From the NCBI GenBank assembly GCA_048941015.1, contig JBHLNZ010000062.1:1-18710 (forward strand): DNA of 18,710 bases, in the 5' to 3' direction. A program made the position numbers and the translations under genes. Every line of letters starts with the position of its first letter. Within the stretch, counting starts at the first letter, position 1. The notes under the pieces were generated by a model that ran no database searches, had not been told where the DNA came from, and worked only from the letters and a program-made list of their open reading frames with translations. Source of the DNA: Promethearchaeota archaeon. GTDB taxonomy: Archaea > Asgardarchaeota > Lokiarchaeia > Sigyniarchaeales > SOKP01. This document shows, in pieces, positions 1 to 6,557 of this stretch.

Positions 1-120
1 AAGAATTCTAATTATTATTTATTTTTAATGATCTTTATATTTCATTCTAATAATTTTTAAATTATTTTAAAAGTTTTACTTCATATAATTCTTTTTCAAT
101 AATTGAATTTTGGTATTAAT

Positions 121-417
121 ATGCGTTCGCGGAAACCTTTTTTAATTTTTTGGCCTCAATATTTTGATGCAAAAAGAAGTCGTGCAAAAGGTAGAAGGGT
201 TTCGAAAAAACTTGCTGTCGATAAGATAACTGCTGATGATATTTTCAAAGCTGCTAACCGTTTAGGTTATAAAACACAGTATGAAAAAGGTTATAAATAT
301 CCTAAGACATGGTGGGACGATTCCGATCGAGTAGTAATAGATACTAAGGGAAAAAAGAAGCAGAAAGTCATTTTAGAAATTGCTAAAGAAATTAAAAAAG
401 TACAATCCAAGAGATAA
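121..417 (+). CDS. srp19: Signal recognition particle 19 kDa protein (SRP19/SEC65)
   Basis: Motifs IFWPQYFDAKRSRAKGRRVSK and KYPKTWW..RVVI..KGKKKQKVILEIA are typical of SRP19. ATG at 121 is preferred over TTG at 103. Confidence 0.95.
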   Translation: MRSRKPFLIFWPQYFDAKRSRAKGRRVSKKLAVDKITADDIFKAANRLGYKTQYEKGYKYPKTWWDDSDRVVIDTKGKKKQKVILEIAKEIKKVQSKR

Positions 418-421
418 TAGA

Positions 422-793
422 ATGCATGAATTTTCATTTGCTTATAATATTTTCAAAGTTGCTGAAGCTACTGCATTAAAGTATAATGCTAAAAGAATTA
501 CTGAAGTTTATTTAGAGATTGGAGAATTAACTTTGATAGTTCCCGAGTTACTTAAACAATCATTTAAAATGGCAACAGCGGGTTCAATAGCTGAGGGTGC
601 TGAATTGAAAATTGAAATAACACCGGGAAAAATAAAATGTAGAGATTGTGAGAAAATCTCAAATGTAACCTTAAATGAAGAAGCTCAATTAACAGGACTT
701 CAATTATTTCAATGTAAATATTGTAAAAGTAAAAATACTGAAATAATAGAAGGAAAAAAAGCAAATGTTAAAAATATCAAGATTCAAGAATAG
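422..793 (+). CDS. hypA: Hydrogenase maturation nickel metallochaperone HypA
   Basis: The ATG at 422 gives the N-terminal Ni-binding MHE motif (the ORF track start at 380 is too early). Also IGELT and two CxxC motifs (CRDC, CKYC). Confidence 0.95.
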   Translation: MHEFSFAYNIFKVAEATALKYNAKRITEVYLEIGELTLIVPELLKQSFKMATAGSIAEGAELKIEITPGKIKCRDCEKISNVTLNEEAQLTGLQLFQCKYCKSKNTEIIEGKKANVKNIKIQE

Positions 794-795
794 CT

Positions 796-1173
796 TTATA
801 TTAAAACAGCATTTAAAACTCCATGTTGTCCTGGACGGCTTGTTATTTTTGCCTTTCCTAATTCAGTTTCAACAATAGCTCCTTTGGTGAGAATATGCCT
901 TCTATTATAATCTTTCGATGCTAAATTGCTTTCAAATCTTAAAATTTTTACTTTAGATGTTTTATTTGTGTTAAGATCAGTCACGTTAATGTAATCAGTA
1001 GAAAATAATTTAAGTTTTTGATTTCCACCCATAATTCTCTGCTTTTTCTTCTTATGAGTACCAATTTTAGTCTCTATAGGAGGTCTTTCAAGCTCTCTCT
1101 TTCTCTTTTTCCGGAAATATCTATACTTTTTGCCTGTATACTTACGCTTACTACGTGCTTGTGATCTAGCCAT
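796..1173 (-). CDS. rps8e: 30S ribosomal protein S8e (eS8)
   Basis: RSKRKYTG..KKRKRELER at the N-terminus; ILTKGAIVETELGKAKITSRPGQHGVLNAVLI at the C-terminus. Confidence 0.97.
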   Translation of the reverse strand: MARSQARSKRKYTGKKYRYFRKKRKRELERPPIETKIGTHKKKKQRIMGGNQKLKLFSTDYINVTDLNTNKTSKVKILRFESNLASKDYNRRHILTKGAIVETELGKAKITSRPGQHGVLNAVLI

Positions 1174-1340
1174 TGCGAAATCCTTTAAAAATAATAATTA
1201 GAGAAAGAAATGATTTCTTTAAAATTTTTGTATTAGAAATATTATAATTCTTAAAAGAAAAATAAATATAGTTAAAATTAATTTAATAATCATAATTATT
1301 AACTTAGTATTTAATTTCAATTGACCTTATTTAGAAGATT

Positions 1341-1982
1341 ATGATGGAAAATAAATCTAAAGTCTCAAATCTAGACGAAAATACAGTGAAAAAGATAATT
1401 AAATCTAGTACTACAACTGTAGGGATAATCGTTAAGGATGGTGTTGTAATTGGCACAGAGTCTCAAGCAACTGCAGGATATATGGTTGCAACTAAAACTG
1501 CACAAAAACTTTTTCAAATAAATGATTTTACTGTAGCTACGATAAGTGGAGGAGTTGCAGATTGTCAATATGTTGTAAATCAACTAAAAGCATTCTCCAG
1601 ACTAAAAGAGGTAGAAGAAGAGAAAGTTCCAGATCCTAAATATATAGCTAGTATTACAAGAAATATATTATTTAGTGGACGTTCCTATTTTCTTTGTATG
1701 ATGATTGTTGGTGGTTACTCACAAAGAGAAAAAAAAGGTTTGCTCTATGGAGTTGATTTATTAGGAACTATGTATGAAGAAGAAAATTTTCTCTCCTTTG
1801 GTTCAGGTTCACCGTTTTCTCTTGGAGTATTAGAAGTAGATTGGATACCGAATATGACAAAATCAGCAGGAATTGATCTAATAAAATCCGCAATTACTAG
1901 TTCTCGAGAAAGAGATGCTGCTTCAGGATTTGATATTCAATTATGTACGATAGATAAATCTGGTTTTAAGCAAATTCAATAA
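1341..1982 (+). CDS. psmB: 20S proteasome beta subunit (Ntn hydrolase) with a ~23-aa propeptide
   Basis: Mature N-terminus TTTVG (Thr1 codon at 1410). Glu17, Lys33 and Gly47 fall at the canonical mature positions; GSGS and RDAASG motifs are present. Start is 1341 or 1344. Confidence 0.95.
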   Translation: MMENKSKVSNLDENTVKKIIKSSTTTVGIIVKDGVVIGTESQATAGYMVATKTAQKLFQINDFTVATISGGVADCQYVVNQLKAFSRLKEVEEEKVPDPKYIASITRNILFSGRSYFLCMMIVGGYSQREKKGLLYGVDLLGTMYEEENFLSFGSGSPFSLGVLEVDWIPNMTKSAGIDLIKSAITSSRERDAASGFDIQLCTIDKSGFKQIQ

Positions 1983-2001
1983 GATTAATTAATATATGAA
2001 A

Positions 2002-2523
2002 TTATTCATCAATTTTCACATTTACTTTTAATAGCTCAGACTCTAGATATATAAAGCAATTTATCTCAAAACTAATACTATCCATAATTGACCAAATTAA
2101 ATTTTTAAAAGCCTTACTAACAAAATTATGATCTACACTACTAAAATTGTCTAAAAATTTCATATTATTCAAATCAACATTACTTGGATAAGAACCAGAA
2201 GGATGGGAATGAAAAATGCTAATTAATCTCATTTTGGTATCAATACTAAGTTCTCCTATCATGTTTTGAATCGTTTCATGTAATTTTTCGATATTTTCGA
2301 TTAAAAATGATACAGTAGATCTCTTATCTGATTTTATACATCCAAATTTCTCTCCAATATAAAGGTAGTGAAAATCATCCAATCCTTCTTTCTTTTTCTC
2401 TTGTTTTATATGTCCAAAAACTATACCGCATGCTTCATTAGGTCTAGCTTTTTCTACACATTGTTTTAATTCTTGAAAAATTTCTTTAGATAAAATGAGT
2501 TCAATATCATTTTGGAACTTAAT
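2002..2523 (-). CDS. JAMM/MPN+ (Mov34/JAB, M67) metalloprotease; probable ATT start at 2523
   Basis: HSHPSGSYPSNVD Zn motif. The frame stays open upstream of the ORF-track TTG (2382) to a TAA at 2539-2541 and encodes ..LILSKEIFQELKQCVEKARPNEACGIVFG.., which holds the catalytic Glu motif. The start coordinate is inferred. Confidence 0.88.
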   Translation of the reverse strand: MKFQNDIELILSKEIFQELKQCVEKARPNEACGIVFGHIKQEKKKEGLDDFHYLYIGEKFGCIKSDKRSTVSFLIENIEKLHETIQNMIGELSIDTKMRLISIFHSHPSGSYPSNVDLNNMKFLDNFSSVDHNFVSKAFKNLIWSIMDSISFEINCFIYLESELLKVNVKIDE

Positions 2524-2529
2524 TTTTAA

Positions 2530-2535
2530 TCCACC
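2530..2535 (-). promoter_or_regulatory. Shine-Dalgarno-like GGTGGA for the JAMM gene
   Basis: G-rich island in AT-rich DNA, 6 nt upstream of the in-frame ATT (2523-2521) and just downstream of the upstream gene's stop (2548-2550). Confidence 0.6.
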
Positions 2536-2547
2536 CGATTATTTCAA

Positions 2548-3249
2548 TCAAAATAGTGTTAAAGCAGCATTCAAAGATGCTAACCTTGCTTTTTTAGGAT
2601 CATCCCCTAATCCTATTATAATAACATCATTATTTTTTAATTCTAAATTTGCATTTGATAGTTCTTTGTCAAAATATTTTTGGATGGTCATATTGACATT
2701 TGATCTTTCTTTATTATTTTCTAAATTTGAGGGAAACTTCAAATTTTTTCCATCATAAATTAAACAAGTAGCCCCCGAACCATATACTTTAATTGCAGCA
2801 TCTCTTTGTTCTATTCCGTTAGTAATTCTGTGAGACGCATTTCTTACCAAACAAAAATAAGCATAAGCATTTTCTGCATTTATAATAATCTCTTTTAAAA
2901 TAGATAAGTCTCCTTTATTTAATAATGGTAATTTTAATTTGATTTTTTCTAAAAATCTTGAACCTTTCTCAGTTAAAATATGTCCCCTTCTAATATTTTG
3001 ACTTTCTGATTTACTTGTTTCATCCTTCACTTTTATAAAACTTAATTTCGACTCTAATCTTCTAACTAAAGATCTAGAGGTCCCTGCCCCTATTAATAAT
3101 TCCTCTCTTAAACGATACCTTCCAATCCCATCTGGATTCTCCTTGAATGTAAAAAGGGAAAGAATAACATGAACATAATCAAAAGTAGGTTTAATAGTGA
3201 GGCTATCAAATAATGAATCTAATTCATTTAAAACTGACATTTTTTTCAT
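2548..3249 (-). CDS. Winged-helix + DUF4443-like protein, putative transcriptional regulator
   Basis: N-terminal wHTH (GIGRYRLREELLIGAGTSRSLVRRL..RGHILTEKG). C-terminal GIEQRDAAIKVYGSGATCLIY motif recalled from the archaeal DUF4443 family. Confidence 0.75.
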   Translation of the reverse strand: MKKMSVLNELDSLFDSLTIKPTFDYVHVILSLFTFKENPDGIGRYRLREELLIGAGTSRSLVRRLESKLSFIKVKDETSKSESQNIRRGHILTEKGSRFLEKIKLKLPLLNKGDLSILKEIIINAENAYAYFCLVRNASHRITNGIEQRDAAIKVYGSGATCLIYDGKNLKFPSNLENNKERSNVNMTIQKYFDKELSNANLELKNNDVIIIGLGDDPKKARLASLNAALTLF

Positions 3250-3351
3250 ATATTATAGTATTTATTTATAAAAAAGTTATAATGTTAAAAAAAAATAAAA
3301 GTTAAAAAGAATTCTTTATACAATAACGATTAAAATCTAAATTTATTCTGA

Positions 3352-4359
3352 TTGGCGAAAAATCATATGACTAATGATCAAAGTAATAGAAAAGAAGGTG
3401 ACATTCAAGAATTAGTCATATTCGGTGAACCATCAACTAACGAAATTGAAAAAAAAGAAACGGTCTCCTTAGAATATGTGGATCAAGAAAATAAAATCAA
3501 ATTAGTCAATGAGTTGAAACCATACGGTGGGAGTTATAGATATTCTTTATTACTTATCAATCAGAGTTTAGTTCCGATCACAGAAGTTAAAATTAGAATT
3601 AGATTTCCAGATTTTTTAATCCTCTCCAGAACCAATCCACCAACTATTACTATAGATTCCGCTAATGTAGATGAAGAAGAACAACAAGTGAAAATTCAAT
3701 TTGATAAATTAGAAGGAAATTCAAAAAAACAAATCAATCTCTATCTAACTCCTAAAAATTTAGAAGAAAAAGGAGAAATTAGATCTTATGTAACTTTTGT
3801 TAATAATGCAGATTTCGTAAGAGCTCTCGATTCTGATCATGTTACATTACAATTTGATCCAATTACTATTGAACCTAAGATTTTACCTAGCTCTGAAATA
3901 AGTAAATTCTCAAAAAATCCTGGAATAAAAAAAGCTATAAAGAGTATTGGAATTGGAAATAATAGAAAACTTGACCTTGGGCTTTATTTCAGTCAGATTC
4001 TCCATGTTCTTGAGAACCTCAACTTACAATTAATAACTAAAGATGATGATAGGAAAATTGCTTGGTATTTCGGTACTGAACTAGTATCTGGAGATGATAT
4101 TCTAGTAATTGGACAAATAATGTATGGGAAAATAGAATGGATTGCATTATCTTTTAATCCTCATTTAAATATATCATTATTGATAAACTGCTATAATGAG
4201 TTCACAAGACGAATGCTTATGAAAGGTTTAATTGATTCTGAAGATCAGATCTATGACCTAGAATGTAAACATTGTGGAAACATTTTGGCTCGATTTCCCA
4301 AAAAAGGCGAACCAATAGAATGTAAATATTGTAATTATGATCAAATTGTTTGGAAATAA
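3352..4359 (+). CDS. Hypothetical protein: Ig-like beta-sandwich + platform-like alpha/beta domain (adaptin/COP appendage-like) + C-terminal Zn ribbon
   Basis: 335-aa ORF with alternating beta-strand patterns over ~aa 45-170, an alpha/beta region over ~aa 170-290, and CKHC...CKYC at the end. Start is TTG 3352 or ATG 3367. The CDS is secure; the fold call is inference. Confidence 0.6.
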   Translation: MAKNHMTNDQSNRKEGDIQELVIFGEPSTNEIEKKETVSLEYVDQENKIKLVNELKPYGGSYRYSLLLINQSLVPITEVKIRIRFPDFLILSRTNPPTITIDSANVDEEEQQVKIQFDKLEGNSKKQINLYLTPKNLEEKGEIRSYVTFVNNADFVRALDSDHVTLQFDPITIEPKILPSSEISKFSKNPGIKKAIKSIGIGNNRKLDLGLYFSQILHVLENLNLQLITKDDDRKIAWYFGTELVSGDDILVIGQIMYGKIEWIALSFNPHLNISLLINCYNEFTRRMLMKGLIDSEDQIYDLECKHCGNILARFPKKGEPIECKYCNYDQIVWK

Positions 4360-4808
4360 GATCTTACTTCATTATTTATATTTTGTCTATAAGAAGTTAA
4401 ATAACAGAATTCTTTTATTTAATAGGGCTATAATTTTAAAAAATAAGTTAAAATTTTATCTCCAAAAATTCTCTAATATTTTAAATCTAGCTTTTCATAA
4501 TTTAAATATTTTTTACAAAACTTTATCATTATCAGCTAAATCATCAAACTGGAAAATAGTTTCTTATATTATAATTATTACCGTTCCAAATTTGAAAGAA
4601 TTTTAATATTTAGAAAAAAAGTGCTAACTTCTACGAGATTGATCTTTTTCATACGTCTGAATTTTGTCGTAAAATTTTTTTCATTTTATTCTTCATAAAC
4701 TTAAGTTGTTATCAAAATCTTTAAATATATAGAAGATGTATTACTATTTAACTAACTTATAAAAAATAACAAAAATCAATAAGAATTATTATAAAATAAT
4801 TAAAAAGT

Positions 4809-4813
4809 GGAGG
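4809..4813 (+). promoter_or_regulatory. Shine-Dalgarno GGAGG of the histone gene
   Basis: GTGGAGGAATAAAAATG; GGAGG lies 7 nt before the ATG at 4821. Confidence 0.7.
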
Positions 4814-4820
4814 AATAAAA

Positions 4821-5033
4821 ATGTCTGAATATATTAGTTGGTCTCCTATTAGACGATTAATGAAACATAATGGTGCTATTATTGTAGCTCGAGATGCAGT
4901 TGATGAATTAGTTGATTGGATGGGTATGGCAGCTGAAAAAATTACAAAACAAGCTTTATCATTGACTAAGCATGCTAAGAGAAAGAAAGTCACTAAAGAT
5001 GACATTCTATTAGCAATAAAATACTTCAAATAG
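4821..5033 (+). CDS. Archaeal histone (HMf-like histone fold, no tail)
   Basis: 70 aa, aligns without gaps to HMfB: SPIRRLMK..GA..V..DA; HAKRKKVTKDDILLA. Strong RBS. Confidence 0.95.
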   Translation: MSEYISWSPIRRLMKHNGAIIVARDAVDELVDWMGMAAEKITKQALSLTKHAKRKKVTKDDILLAIKYFK

Positions 5034-5103
5034 ACAAAATTTTTTTCAATAGGAGTCTAGATTTAAAGGAGAAAATAAGATCATAAAATCTTTTTTAATA
5101 ATA

Positions 5104-5120
5104 TTTTTTTTTTATTTTTT
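5104..5120 (+). terminator. Putative archaeal oligo-T terminator after the histone gene
   Basis: T10-A-T6 tract between convergent genes; a shorter T tract also follows the stop near 5040. Confidence 0.4.
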
Positions 5121-5144
5121 GAGTTTCTGATAAATAGCTTAAAT

Positions 5145-6305
5145 TTATTTTATAAAATTGCAATCGTGCTCTTTTAAAGCATCTGTAAGAACTAAACAGA
5201 GTTTCTTTAAAACCTGCGTATCTATTTTATCTAAAGTATCATTGGGAGTATGCATATAATCATACGCTTCTACTTCACCGATCCCAAATCCTTGTAAACC
5301 TTTATCTCCTAGAAACCCTCCATCAGAATGAGTGCCAAGAACTCTATTAGTAATATAGTGACGAATTCTAAGATTTCTAGAGTTATTCAAAAGTAAATTA
5401 TCGACATCCTTAATATGGACCCCTTTATTTCCTCCTGGAAATAGATAAACATGATTAGCTATAGATTCAAAATTAAATCCAATCAAATTTTTAAAATCAA
5501 AATTTTCCAACTTATTATAAAAATGCCTAATACCCATTGTCCCGCATTCTTCAGCTCCAGTAAAAAGAAACCATAATTTGTAATTTGTTAATCTATTTTC
5601 AGGTATGCTATAATAGTTTAACAGCTCTAAATTGCATGCTATTCCTGAAGCATTATCAACAGCACCTTCAGAAGTATTATCTGTTGTATTCATTATCAAT
5701 ATTATTGATGCAAACATATTCCCTATTGAGGGAAATAATCCGATAATAAAAAAAATAGGTGCAAAATCTATAAATATAAAGGATTTAAGGGGGATAATAA
5801 CAGCGAGAATAATTGAGGAGATGATCCATAGTTTAATTATTCTTATCCGAATTCTAATCGTGAATCTTTGTCCCTTAGAATCCAAATGACTAATAAATAA
5901 TGCAATTCTGACGTTATTACTCTCTTTATTTGATTTGGGATTTATTTTTACTAAAAGGTTTTGTGAATTAAATTTTTTAAGAAATTGAATTTTTTCAGGT
6001 TTTCTTGTTATTATGAAAGAAGTAATTAGAATTCCTAGTAATATAAGTATCAAAATTAAAGATATTCTCATATAAAAATTCAAGTAAAGCAGCAAAAAGA
6101 TTAATGAACCTGACGTGAATGCTATTTTTGGATACATTCTCGAATAGAACGAGCTAAAGGTAAACTTTTGAACTTCAAATTCCAAATTCAAATTCTTAAT
6201 TTCTTGCTTTACTTTATTGAAAGCTTCCAATTCATACACTGTTCCAGATAAACGAGGAAATGAAAAATTTTTTAAATTTTTTTTAATTTGGTCTTCTTCG
6301 ATCAT
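5145..6305 (-). CDS. Membrane-associated M28 family metallopeptidase
   Basis: Motifs SHLDSK, GAVDNASG, GAEECGTMG, NFES, HSD and HTPNDT. Two hydrophobic helical hairpins (about 4 TMs) are inserted into the catalytic domain. Confidence 0.9.
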   Translation of the reverse strand: MIEEDQIKKNLKNFSFPRLSGTVYELEAFNKVKQEIKNLNLEFEVQKFTFSSFYSRMYPKIAFTSGSLIFLLLYLNFYMRISLILILILLGILITSFIITRKPEKIQFLKKFNSQNLLVKINPKSNKESNNVRIALFISHLDSKGQRFTIRIRIRIIKLWIISSIILAVIIPLKSFIFIDFAPIFFIIGLFPSIGNMFASIILIMNTTDNTSEGAVDNASGIACNLELLNYYSIPENRLTNYKLWFLFTGAEECGTMGIRHFYNKLENFDFKNLIGFNFESIANHVYLFPGGNKGVHIKDVDNLLLNNSRNLRIRHYITNRVLGTHSDGGFLGDKGLQGFGIGEVEAYDYMHTPNDTLDKIDTQVLKKLCLVLTDALKEHDCNFIK

Positions 6306-6557
6306 TATAATTATTTATTGATGTAAAATATGTACGAAAATGGAAATTTCAATTTTTATTTTATTATTTTTCCTACATTTAATGAAGTATATTGATTTAA
6401 CAAAAACTATGTAGATCCAACAAATTTAAAAAGCATAATTTCTTTATGATTCTTAGTAAAGGAATTTTTGCTTTATAACTTATTCTAATGAAGGATACAT
6501 GTGATAATCTAATTTAGATAAGTTCAATTTAGACATTACTTCTTAAAAAAAAGTTAA

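Noticed and set aside
564-764. 66-aa minus-strand ORF
   Set aside because: Antisense shadow of hypA; low-complexity F/L/Y composition.
1371-1583. 70-aa Cys-rich minus-strand ORF
   Set aside because: Antisense to psmB; the cysteines arise from the complement of the real gene's codons.
2495-2758. 87-aa plus-strand ORF
   Set aside because: Antisense to the DUF4443-like gene and to the 5' extension of the JAMM gene.
4337-4606. 89-aa plus-strand ORF in the histone upstream gap
   Set aside because: Composition (I/L/K/N/F/Y) is that of random AT-rich DNA; no RBS or motif; overlaps the previous stop.
4632-4672. TACGA...TCGTA inverted repeat as a possible hairpin or operator
   Set aside because: Only ~5 bp of perfect pairing with a long spacer; expected by chance.
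4757-5029. 90-aa minus-strand ORF
   Set aside because: Antisense shadow of the histone gene.
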